NCBI GenBank assembly: GCA_951406725.2
Contig: OX597814.1
Coordinates: 200,508,001 to 200,572,000 of the forward strand
Length of the DNA stretch: 64,000 nt
From: Octopus vulgaris
Lineage: Eukaryota
Direction of reading: 5' to 3'
In this document: in pieces, positions 44,839 through 58,000 of the stretch
How the letters are laid out: each line of letters begins with the position of its first letter
Position numbering within the stretch: position 1 is the stretch's first letter
Position numbers and translations under genes: made by a program
Notes under the pieces: generated by a model
The model's input: only the letters and a program-made list of their open reading frames with translations
Told to the model about the DNA's origin: nothing
Databases searched by the model: none

Positions 44839-46244
44839 CAAAACAAAACTAACAGTTAGATGGAAAATAATTTTTATTTTTGTATACTTCCACTTTACTT
44901 AAATTTGAAAATTTTTCTCTTACATTTTTTTAAGTGCAAAGTCTTTGATTAGATCCTCCCTATGACACCATCAACACTTCAAAATTATATTTCCAATCAT
45001 ATAAACCACTCCAAATATTATTTAAGTAAGTTTAAAGTGATTTTATTTTTGTGCTGAAAACCATTTACCATTTCTGTCCCACCACCACTTCCCTCATGCC
45101 TTGAGTATATACTTATTTTGCTTGATGGGTAATCCAGCATTGCTTCCAAGATTGATAAAATAAAGTACCAGTCAAGGCCAGGATCAATATAATCAAATAA
45201 CTCATCTCTCCAAAATTTATGGCCTTGTGCCATAAAAAAGTATTTGAGGGGGAAAAAATAAGGTTTAGGTTAAGAAAATATGTGACCCTAATTGCTACTT
45301 CTTAGCCAGAGACATGTTAAAAGAATTTCATGCACTTAAGAAATCTTATGGAACTCATGAAATACTAAACAGAATACTATTTGGCACTGTGTATATATTA
45401 ACAACTATAAATTCAGACGCATTGTAAAAGTTATGATTGATGGCGTTATTAATTGGAATTTTAAAGCTGAATATTTAAAGTGACTTGTGTTTATAGATAG
45501 ACTAGATTACAACATTGTGTAAACTGTAAGACTTCCTTCTTGTAAACTATTTCAGGTCTGGCTCACTATTTTGACAATATGTCATATTCCATTGTTAGAA
45601 CATTCCTCTGCACTATACATAGTTAATTCACAGAGTTTTCATTCATTTGCTGTCATTCAACTAGAGTATTAAACACTCTTATCAGGTTTTAACATGGAAA
45701 CATTTATGATATAGCTTCCCATTTTTCCGACTGCCTGTGTGATATGCTGGGTGATAAATATTCCTTATAATTCATGATCAGACACAGATATGTAGTTCAA
45801 ATGATTGTATTTGTAGTTCAAATCATTATTTTTATGAAGTTGAGAATGTAAGTGTAGATTGTATATATTTTATTATCACTGCTATTAGTTATACAAAACA
45901 GGGAGGGAAAAGAAGAAAACTTCAATAATAACAGTTTTGGCACTTGAAGAAAGATAACTGATTTCATTCAAAGCAATGTGAATTCCTCAATAAATGCTAA
46001 ATGTTACTTTTAATAATTATGTTATGACAGAAAAAGTAATCATAATAAAAATTTCTAACGTAAGCACAAAACCAGAAAATTGAAAGTTGAGACAAGGTTA
46101 TTTGTTTAATTCAGTCCCCCAGTACTGGCCTTATGCTTTTATTCCAACCACCCAGAAAGGATCAAAGCAAATCAAACCTCAAAATCATTTGAAATCAGAA
46201 TGTAAAGAGTCAAAACAAAAATAAAATGATGTTTATTGTTCTTC

Positions 46245-46822
46245 CATTTGTTTCAGTCATTTGTCTGCAGCCATGCTAGGAACCACTTCCTGCTCCCTCA
46301 ATGGAGGGAGAGAAGGAGGAGGATGTCGAGGAGGTGGAAACCTCCTTGAAAAATCGAAAGCAAAAGGTGGGCAACACGAAGAACCTGAGAGCTGCGGGAG
46401 AAAAGGAGGACCTGCTGGACACGCAAAGGAACACCACCCTCCCGCAGCCCAAGGGAAAAAGAAAAGAAAAAAGAAAAACGGGACATTGTCTTAAAGGATT
46501 TTAGTCAAACAAATCGACCCCAGGACCTATTTTTAAATCTAGTACTTATTCTATTAGTCTCTTTTGCTGAACCTCTAAGTTATGTGGACATAAATATACC
46601 AACACCAGTTGTCAAGCAGTGAGGGGAGGGGGTCAAATACAGAGACATAGTCACACATATATATATATACACACACATACATATACAACAGGCTTCTTTC
46701 AGTTTCCATCTACCAAATCCATTCACAAAGCTTTGGTCAGCCTGAGGCTATAGAAGACACTTGCTCAAGGTACCACAGGGTGGGACTGAACCAAGATGTA
46801 TGTGGTTTGGAAGCAAGCTTCT
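46245..46822 (-). mobile_element. Bipartite tRNA/CORE-like SINE interrupted by a 197-bp insert (46287-46483)
   Basis: The SINE consensus resumes on both sides of the insert. Confidence 0.8.
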
Positions 46823-47324
46823 TTATTTCATTAAATTTGCCACAAGGGCAGCACAGAGAGAGAAACTTGAGGGCTAGACAGAGACATTAATGGGATGAAT
46901 GATGATGATATATGGATGATAAGGACGGGAGAAGACGAAAAGCACCCGCCAACTTTCGCTTCTCTAAAACATTGTTCTTTTTTTCTTTTTTTTTTAAAAA
47001 CACAATGAGGCAATAAACCTCTTACACAGTTCAAAATTGAAAATAAAACACAAACACGAGGCAATAATCCTCTCACTTTTTACATTTTTAGTCTCTTTTT
47101 GAGGTAATACACCTCTTCAATTTTTCCGCCCGGCCAGGCTCCTCGCTTCATCGAAACACCTGATCCGTTCAAAACTTAAAGGTTTCAACATAAATCTGAA
47201 GGAGTCCTTCGAGAAGGAGTTCATTATCTTCCGTTGATCTTTCTCCCAAATGACCTCCGCAGCCACCTGCGAAGGCCACTCAGGGTCCTCCGTGTAAGAC
47301 AGAAGCCCCTCCCACCGGCACTTT

Positions 47325-47783
47325 CGTTCAATTTTTTTTATTTCATTTTGCTCTCGGATTCACTGTTTCCACTTTCGGAAAATGAAACATCAGATTCATT
47401 ATCAAATACCATGTGCTTCTTTTTTTCAGTCATAGAGTTAGATTTATCAAGGTCTTCAGTAGAAAATCCTTAGAATTCTGACTCGCTGCTTGATATAATG
47501 AAATTCGTATCCAATTTTTGTCAGAATTACAAATTTTGAAAACACAATAGGAACAAATTTCGGGAAAAAATCTCCCAAAATTCACGGAATTAAAATTACA
47601 CTTCGATTTTTGTACAAAACTGTAGTGGAACTGTTTACGAAGTATAATACGTGCTTTCACGAATCTACTAAAGAGATTTGCTCTGATATTCTCATTTAAA
47701 TATGAATAGGTAAATTCAGGCAGCTTTGGGCGGTTTGGTCACAATAACCAAAATTTTTTTCGGGCGGTTTGGTAACGAAAGGG
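47325..47783 (-). mobile_element. piggyBac left end with decayed acidic transposase N-terminus
   Basis: Same TIR plus TTAA (47784-47787) and subterminal sequence as 12815; minus strand DTNFIISSSESEF*GFSTEDLD. Confidence 0.85.
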
Positions 47784-47789
47784 TTAATA

Positions 47790-48243
47790 TCATCACAGGA
47801 ATGTGGCACGTAAAATACTCCAATGCGACCGTACGACAGGCACCCTTGCCAACCCCCTTTGCTTGTGAAGACATGTTGGGGCAAGCGAAATCGAAATCGA
47901 ATTGAACCAGCCAGGATCCCTGGTCTGGTGGTACGTAAAAAGCACTATCCGACTCGTGGCCGATGCCAGCACCGCCTCGACTGGCTTCCGTGCCGGTGGC
48001 ACATAAAATACACCAATCTGACCGTGGCCGTTGCCAGCCCCGCCTGGCACCTGTGCAGGTGGCACGTAAAAAGCACCCACTACACTCACGGAGTGGTTGG
48101 CGTTAGGAACGACATCCAGCCGTAGAAACATTGCCAGATTAGACTGGAGCCTGGTGCAGCCTTCTGGCTTCCCAGAACCCCGGTCGAACCGTCCAACCCA
48201 TGCTAGCATGGAGAACGGACGTTAAACGACGATGATGATGATG
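47790..48243 (+). mobile_element. Young RTE 3'UTR-derived repeat
   Basis: CpG-intact subrepeats and gacgatgatgatgatg tail. Confidence 0.9.
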
Positions 48244-49009
48244 AATACAATACACTACACACACAGTGTATAACCATCTGTTACTGCCATTGAAACTGCT
48301 AAATTAGTGACATCACAGCTGAATATATATAAGAGGAATTGGAGTATATGGGAAGCAGTGTGATATCACACGTACTAATGTTGTGATGCATGGAAAACAC
48401 ACCATTGTTTGATAAAAGTGTCAACACTGACAGAACAAATAAAACTAGTCCCTCAGGTATTGAAAGGAAAATGTTCCTGTCACTTCACAGATGTCTATGT
48501 CACTTGACAGGAATCTATTTACCAAAAAAGAAGAAATGACAAGCCTATTCAAATAATTGTGGACTGGACATAAGTGAAACTAGTCATACTGCTGTTCAGT
48601 TTGTTTATTCTCACATATTTTATATTACATCCTATGAATAATGGCACATTTGCTTACAGGCTTCTAATAAACCAATCATTGGTTCATTAGATATAAAACA
48701 GCAAGAGTAGCAAACTTGGCAGGTGGGGAGCAAATACCAAAAAAACTCTTAGTTCAAAAGCAACCATCAGTTTCACACCAATAATTCATATATAAGTGTG
48801 AGTGCTTATGTATGTACAAGTTGGAGGAAAATAATATTCACATGAGTTCAATAGATTATATCTTAATTTTTATTTTTTTATTTTTATGGAAACATAACTC
48901 AAAGAAGTCAATGCACAGATATCATCATCATAATGTCTATATCCATTCTTGCATAAGCTGGACAGATTTTATAAAGGCAGATATTCTATACCCAGATACT
49001 TTTAGAATT

Positions 49010-52000
49010 AGATAGACAGAGAGATGGCCGTGAACTGGGAACCAAAGGCTAGGAATTTAAGCGAGAGAAAAGGCCGACATATAGCCAAATAGTGTAGGAA
49101 TAAAATAGACAGAGTGATGGCCGCAAACTGGGAACCAAAGGCTAGGAATTTAAGCGATAGAATAGGCCGATAGATAGACGAATAGAGTAGATATTAAATA
49201 GACAGAGTGATGGCCACGAACTGGAAACCATGAGCTAGGAATTTAAGCGAAAGAACATGTCGATAGAGAGGCAAACAGCGTATGAATTAAATAGATAGAG
49301 TGATGGCTGAAAGCTGATTGAGAAAGACAAGATTAGAGACGAAAGCCTGTGTGATCGTGTGATAAATTTTCATGACTAAAAGAATATGTTGTAAGGAAAT
49401 GCATGAGCTACAGTTTAATACGAAAAGACATCGCCAGTAAGAAAGAGAAAATAATAAGGGTTTATGTTGATAATACTCGCAAAATACAATGAAGGGAGGA
49501 GCAAGACGAAAGCTTAAAAATAACTTATCTGCTATTTTTTCATCCAGACAAACGTATTTCCAGCCAAGGTATGGAAGTCAATAGAAGGGGTCAAACAGCA
49601 TGCATTGTTTTATATAGGGTGGAGAGAGTTGTGCAGGGGGGTTAGGAAGTAGGGCATCTTGGCTAGGTGGTGGAATCAAAAGAGTGAGATATAGACAGAG
49701 TGACAGTCAATACAGAGACACATAGTGATAAAGAGATGGGAGACATGACAACAAACCGCAGCAAACTGGGAACCATGGGCTAGGAATTTAAGCGAAAAAA
49801 TAAGGCTTATAGGGAAATAGTGTAGGAATGAATTAGACAGAGTGATGGCCGTGAACTGGCAATAATAAGCTAGGAATTTAAGCAACAGAAAAGTCTGATA
49901 CATAGGCAAATAGTGTAGGAATGAAAGAGACGGAGTGATGCCCACGAACTGGTTACGATGGGCTAGAAATTTGAGTGTCAGACCAGGCCGATAGTTAGGT
50001 AAATAGTATAGTAATGAAATAGATACAGTGATGGCCGTGAACTGGGAACCATGGGCTAGGAATTTAATGGAAAGAAAATCCTGATACTTAGGCAAATAGT
50101 GTAGGAATGAAATACACAGAGTGATAGCTGCGAACTGGGCACGGTGGGCTAGGAATGTCAGGGACAAAAAAGGCCGATAGTTAGGCAAATAGTGTAGGAA
50201 TAAAATGGAAAGAGTGATGGCCACGAACTGGTAAACATTAGCTAAGAATTTAATGGAAAAAAATATCTGATAGTTAGGCAAATAGTGTAGGAATGAAATA
50301 GACAGATTGATGGCCGTGAACTGGGAACCATGGGCTAGGAATTAAAGCAACAGAAAAGGCTTATAGATATGCAAATAGTGTAGGAATGAAATAGACAGAA
50401 TTTAAGCAACAGAAAAGGCTGATAGATTGGCAAATATTGTAGGAATAACAGAGGCAGAGAGAGGGCCGCGAACAGGGAACAATGGGCTAGGAATTTAAGC
50501 GACAGAAAAGGCAGATAGATAGGAAAATAGTGTAGGAATGAAAGAGAAAGAGTGATGGCCGCGAACTGGGAACCATGGACTAGGAATTTAAGCGACAGAA
50601 AAGGCCAATAGTTAGGCAAATAGTGTAGGAATGAAATAGAGTGATGGCCGTGAACACGGAACCATGGGCTGGGAATTTAAGAGACACAAAAGGCTGAGAG
50701 ATAGGCAAATAGTGTAGGAATGAAATAGAGTGATAACTGTGAAGTAGGAACCATAGGCTAGGAATTTAAGCGACAGAAAAGGCTGATAGATATGCTAATA
50801 GTGTAGGAATGACATAGACAGAGTGATGGCCGCAAACTGGAAAACATGGGCTATGAACTTCAGCGACAGAGAAGGCTGATAGATGGCAAATAGTGTAGGA
50901 ATGAAATAGAGAGAGTGATGGCCGCGAACTGGGAACAATGGGCTAGGAACCTAAGCGTCAGAACAGGCCGATAGTTAGGCAAATAGTGTAGGAATAAAAT
51001 AGACAGAGTGATGGCCATGAACTGGGAAACATGGGCTAGGAATTTAGTGGACAGAAAAGGCTGATAGTTAAGCAAATATTGTAGGAATGAAATAAACAAA
51101 GTGATGGCCGCTAACTGGGAACGATGGGCTAGGAATTTCAGGGACAGAAAAGGCTGATAGTTATGCAAATAGTGTAGGAATGAAATACACAGAGTGATGG
51201 CCACGAAATGGGAAACATGGGCTAGGAATTTAGTGGACAGAAAAGGCCGATAGTTAGGCAAATGGTGTAGGAATGAAAAAGACAAAGTGATGGCCACAAA
51301 CTGGGAATGATGGGCTAGGAATTTAAGCAACAGAAAAGGCTGACAGATTGGCAAATAGTGTAGGATTGAAATATACAGAGTGATGGCCGTGAACGGAGAC
51401 CAATTGGCTAGAAATTTAAGTGAGAGAAGAGGCTGATGGATATGCAAATAGTGAAGGAATGAAATAGACAGAGTGAGGGCCGCGAATGGAGACCAATGGG
51501 CTAGAAATTTAAGTGAGAGAAGAGGCTGATGGATATGCAAATAGTGAAGGAATGAAATAGACAGAGTGATGGCCGCGAACTAAGAACCATGGGCTAGGAA
51601 TTTAAGCGATACAAAAGGCGGATAGATAGTCAAATAGAGTAGGAATGAAATAGAGTGATGGCCGCAAATTGAGAACCATGGACTAAGAATTTAAGCAAAA
51701 GAAAAGGCTGAAAATTACGCAGATAGTGTAAGATTGAAATAGAGAGAGTGATGGCAGCGAACTGGGAACCATGTAATAGAAATTTAAGCCAACAAAAAGT
51801 CCGATAGATAAGCAAATACTGTAGGAATGAAATAGACAGAGTGATGGCCGCTAACTGGGAACAATGGGCTAGGAATTTAAACGATAGAAAAGGCTGATAG
51901 ATATGCAAATAGTGTAGGAATGAAATAGACAGAGTGATGGCCGCGAACTGGGAACAATGGGCTAGGAATTTAAGTGACAGAAAAGGCTGATAGATATGCA

Positions 52001-55000
52001 AATAGTGTAGGAATGAAATAGACAGAGTGATGGCCGCGAACTGGGAACCATGGGCTAGGAATTTAAACGATAGAAAAGGCTGATAGATAGGCCAATAATG
52101 TAGGAATGAAATAGAAAGAGTGATGGATGTGAACCGGGAACCATTGGCTAGGAATCTAAGAGACAGAAAAGGCCGATATATAAGCAAATATTGTCGGAAA
52201 GAAATAGAGTGATGGCCACGAACTAGGAACCATGGGCCAGGAATTTAAGCAAAAGAAAAGGCCCATAGATAGGCAAATAGTGTAGTAATAATATAGACAG
52301 ATTGATGGCCGAGAACTGGGAACGATGAGCTAGGAATTTAAGCGATAGAAAAGGCCCATAGATAGGCAAATAGCGTAGTAATAATATAGAGAAAGTGATG
52401 GCCGAGAACTGGGAACCATGAGCTAGGAATTCAAGGGAAAGAAAAGGCTGATAGATAGGGAAATATTGTGGGAATTAAAGAGACAGAGTGATGGCCGCAA
52501 ACTGGGTGTCATACGCTAGGAACTTCAGCGACAGAAATGGCTAATAGATAGGCAATTAATGTAGGAATGAAATAGTGATGGCTGCGAAATGGGAACCATG
52601 AAATAGGAATTTAAGCGACAGTAAAGGCTGATAGATATGCAAATAGTGTAGGATTAAATTACACAGAGTGATGGCCGTGAACAGGGAACCATGGGCTAAG
52701 ACTTGAAACGACAGAAAAAGCCAATGGAGAGGGAAATAGCGTAGGAATTAAATACACAATGTGATGGCCGCCAACTAGGAAACATGGGCTAGAAATTTAA
52801 GCAACAGAAAAGGCCGATAGATATGCGAATATTGTAGGAATGAAAAAGACAGTGATGGCCGCGAACTGGGAAGCATGGGCTAGAAATTTAAGCAACAGAA
52901 AACGCTGATAGATGGGCAAATAATGTAGGAATGAAATAGACAGAGTGATGGCAGCGAAATGGGAACCATGAAAAGGGAATTTAAGCGACAGAAAAAAGTG
53001 ATAGATATGCAAATAGTGTAGGAATAAATTAGTCAGAGCGATGGCCGCAACCTGGGAACCATGAGCTATGAATTCAATAGAGAGAAAATCCTGATACTTA
53101 GGCAAATAGTGTAGGAATGAAATAGACAGAGTGATGGCTGCGAACTGGGAACGATGTTATAGGAATTTCAGCCAAAAAAAAGACTGATAGATATGCAAAT
53201 ACTGTAGGAATGAAATAGACAGTGGGAACGATGGGCTAGGAACTTAAGCGATTGAAAAGGCTGATGGATAGGCAAATAGTGTAGGAATGAAATAGACCGA
53301 GTGATGGCCGCGAACTGGTAACCATGGGCTAGGAATTTATGCAACTGAAGAGGCTGATGGATAGGCAAATAGTGTAGGAATAATATAGACAGAGTGATGG
53401 CCCCGAACTGGTAACCATGGGCTAGGAATTTAAGCAACTAAAGAAGCTGATGGATAGGCAAACAGCGTAGGAATAATATAGACAGAGTGATGGCCGCGAA
53501 CTGGGATCCATGGGCTAGGAATTTAAGCAACTGAAGAGGCTGATGGATAGGCAACTTGATGGCCGAAAACTGGGAACCATGGGCTAGGAATTTAAGCAAC
53601 TGAAGAGTCTGATGGATAGGCAAATAGTGTAGGAATGAATTAGGCAAAGAGATGGCCGTGAAATAGGAACCATGGGCTAGGAATTTAAGTGACAGAAAAG
53701 GCTGATAGATAGTCAAATAGAGTAGGAATGAAATAGAAAGAGTGATGGCCACAATCTGAGAACCGTGGACTAGGAATTTAAGACAAAGAAAAGGCTGATA
53801 GATATGCAAATAGTGTAGGAATGAAATAGACAGAGTGATGGCAGTGAACTGGGAACCATGTAATAGGAATTTAAGCCAAAAAATAGGCCGATAAATAAGC
53901 AAATACCGTCGGAATGAAATAGACAGAGTGATCGGCACGAACTGGGAACGATGGGCTAAGAATTTAAGCGATAGAAAAGGCTGAATTATAGGGAACTAGT
54001 GAAGGAATGAAATAGACAGAGTGATGGCTGCAAACTGGGTGTCATACGCTAGGAACTTCAGCGACAGAAAAGGCCGATAGATAGACAAATAGTGTAGGAA
54101 TGAAATAGCCAGAGTGATGGCAGCCAAATGGGAACAATGAAATAGGAATTTAAGCGACAGAAAAGGCTGATAGATAGGCAAATAGAGTAGGATTAAATTA
54201 GACAGAGTGATGGCTGTGAACAGGGAACCATGGGCTAGGAATTAAATAGACAGAAAAGGCTGATAGTTAGGCAAATAGTGTAGGAATGAAATAGACAAAG
54301 TGATTGCCATGAACTGAGAAACATGGGCTAGGAATTTCAGGGACAGCAAAGACCTATAGTCAGACATATACTGTAGCAATGAGATAGACATAATGATAGC
54401 CGCAAACTGGGAACCATGGGCAAAGAATTGAAGCAACAGAAAAGGCTGATAGATAGGCAAATAGCGTAGGAATTAAATACACAATGTGATGGCCGCCAAC
54501 TAGGAAACATGGGCTAGAAATTTAACCGACAGAAAAGGCCGATAGATATGCAGATATTGTAGGAAGGAAAAAGAGAGTGATGGCCGCGAACTGGGAACGA
54601 TGGGCTAGCAATTTAAGCGATAGAAAAGGCTGATAGATAGGCAAATAGTGTAGGAATGAAACAGAGAGTGATGGCCGCGAACTGGGAACCATGGGCTGGG
54701 ATTTCAATAGAGAGAAAATCCTGATAGTTAGGCAAATAGTGTAGGAATGAAATAGACAGAGTGATGGCTGTGAACAGGGTACGATGCGCTAGGAATTTAA
54801 GCGACAGACAAGGCTGATAAACACGAAATAGTGTAAGAATGAAATACAGAGTGATGGCCGCGAACTGGGAACCATGTGCTAGGAATTTACGCAAAAAGAA
54901 GGCTGAAAGATATGCAAATACTGTAGGAATGAAATAGACAGAGTGATGGCCGCGAACTGGGAATGATGGGCTAGGAATTTAAGCGATTGAAAAGGCTGAT

Positions 55001-58000
55001 AGATAGGCAAATATTGTAGGATTTGAATAGACAGAGTGATGTCTGCGAACTGGAAACCATTAACTAGGAATTTCAGCGTTAGAAAAGGCTCATAGATAGG
55101 CAAGTAGTGTGGGAGTGAAATAGACAGAGTGATGGGTGCGAACTGGGAACGATGGGCTAGCAATTTAAGTGACAGAAAAGGATGATAGTTTTGCAAATAG
55201 TGTTGGAATGAAATAGGCAGAGAGATGGCCATGAACAGGGAACCATTGGCTGGGAATTTAAGAGAGACAAAAGGCTAAGAGATAGGCAAATAGTGTAGGA
55301 ATGAAATAGAGTGATGGACGTGAAAAAGGAACCATGGGCTAGAAATTTACTCGACAAAAATGCTGAGAGACATTCAAATAGTGTAGGAATGAAATAGACA
55401 GAGTGTGGCAGCAAACTGGGAAACATAGGCTATGAACTTCAGCGACAGAGAAGGCTGAGAGATTGGCAAATGGTATAGGAATGAAATAGACAGTGTGATG
55501 GCTGCAAACGGGGGACCGTGGACAAGGAATTTAAGTGAATTTATAACACAGAGTGATGGCCACGAACTGGGAAAAATGGGCAAGGAATTTAGTGGAGAGA
55601 AAAGGCCGATAGTTAGTAAAATATTGTAGGAATGAAATAAACAGAGTGATGGCCGCGAACTGGGGTCGATGTGCTATGAATTTAAGTAAAAGAAAAGGCC
55701 GATAAATAAGCAAATAGTGTAGGAATGAAATAGAGAGTGTGATGGCAGCAAACTGGGAAGCATGGCCTAAGATATTGAGCGAAAGAAAAGGCTGATATAT
55801 ATGCAAATAGTGTAGGAATAAGATACACAGATTGATGGCCGAGAACTGGGAACCATGGGCTAGGGATTCAAGGGAAGGAAAAGGCTGATAGATAGGGAAA
55901 TAGTATGGGAATTAAAGAGACAGAGAGATGGCCGCAAACTGGGTGTCATACGCTAGGAACTTCAGCGACAGAAAAGGCTGATAGATTGACTAATTTATTC
56001 CTACACTATTTGCCTAACTTTCGGCCTTTTCTGTCCATTAAATTCCTAGCCCATGGTTCCCTGTTCACGGCCATCACTCTGACTAATTTATTCCTACACT
56101 ATTTGCCTGAGTGATGGCCGTGAACAGGGAACCATGGGCTAGGAATTTAATGGACAGAAAAGGCCGAAAGTTAGGCAAATAGTGTAGGAATGAAATAGAC
56201 AGAGAGATTGCCACAAACTGGGAACCATGGGCTAGGAATTTCAGGGAGAGCAAAGGTCTATAGAAAGGCAAAAGGTGTAAGAATGAAATAGACAAATGAT
56301 AGCCGCGAACTGGGAGCCATGGGCTAAGAATTGAAGCGACAGAAAAGGCCGATAGATAGGTAAATAGTGTACAAATTAAATACACAATGTGATGGACGCC
56401 AACTAGGAAATATGGGCCAGAAATTTAAGCGACGGAAAAGGCCGATAGATATGCAAAAGACAGTGATGGCCGCGAACTGGGAAGCATGGACTAGAAATTT
56501 AAGCAACAGAAAACTCTGATAAATAGGCAAATGGTGTAGGGTGTAGGAATGAAATAGACAGAGTGATGGCCGCCAACAGGGAAGGATGGGCTGGGAATTT
56601 CAGTGACAGAAAAGGCCGATAGTTAGGCAAATAGTATAAGAATGAAATAGACAGAGTGATGACCGCGAATTGGGAAGATGGGCTAGGAATTTATGCGACA
56701 GAAAAGTTGATAGATAGGAAAATAATGTAGGAATAAAATAGACAGATTGATAGTCGAGAACTGGGAAGCATGGGCTAGGAATTTAAGCGAGAGAAAAGGC
56801 TGATAGATTTGCAAATAGTGTAGGAATGAAATAGAAAGAGTGATGGCCACGAACTGGGAACGATGGGCTAGGAATTTAAGCGAAAGAAAAGGCCGAGATA
56901 TAGGCAAATAGCGTAGGAATTAAATAGACAGAGTGATGGTGGTGAACTGGGAACCATGGGCTAGGAATTTAATGGAGAGAAAAGGCCAATAGTTAGGCAA
57001 ATAGTGTAGGAATGAAACCGACAGTGTGATGGCCGCGAACTGGGAAACGTGGTTTAGGAATTTAGTGAAAAGAAAAGGCCGATAGTCAGGCAAATAGTGT
57101 AGGAATGAAATAGACAGACTGATGGCTGCGAACTAGAAAGATTGGGCTAGGAATTTATGCAACAGAAAAGGTGATAGATGGGAAAATAGTGTAGGAATGA
57201 AATAGATAGACTGATGGCCTCGAAATGGGAAGCATAGGCTAGGAAATTAAGCGACATAAAAGGCTGATAATGTAGGAATGAAAAGGGCAGAGAAATGGCC
57301 GTGAGCAGGGAAACATGGGCCGGGAATTTAACAAAAGGCTGTTAGATATTCAAATAGTGTAGGAATTAAATAGACAGAGTGATGGCCGCGAACCGGGAAA
57401 CATGGGCTAGGAATTTAAGCGATAGAAAAGAATGGTAGATATGCAAATATTGTCGGAATGAAATAGAGTGATGGCTGCGAACTGGGAACGATGGGCTAGG
57501 AATTTAAGCGGAAGAGAAAGCTGATATATAGGCAAATATTGCAGGAAGGAAATAGACACAGTGATGGTCGCGAACTGGGAACCATGGGATAGGAATTTAA
57601 GCAACAGAAAAGGCTGATAGATTGGTAAATAATGTAGGAATGAAATAGACAGAGTAATGGCCGCGAACTGGGAACAACGGGCTAGGTATTTAAGCAATAG
57701 AAAATGTTGATAGATAGGCAAACAGTGTAGGAATGAAATATAGAGAGTGATGGCAGCGAACTGGGAACCATGTTATAGGAATTTAAGCCAAAAAAATGGC
57801 CGATAGATATTCAAATACTGTAGGAATGAAATAGACAGTGTGATGGCCGCGAACTGGGAACAATGGGCTCGGAATTTAAGTGACAGAAAAGGGTGATAGA
57901 TATGCAAATAGAGTAGGAATGAAATACACAGAGTGATGCCCGTGAACTAAGAACAATAGGCGATGAATTTAAGCGACAGAAAATGCTGATAGATAGGCAA

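Noticed and set aside
47793-48209. Recurrent ORFs with LDALPNANHS (also 2048, 4138, 7381, 14541)
   Set aside because: Antisense translations of the RTE 3'UTR repeat, not a gene family
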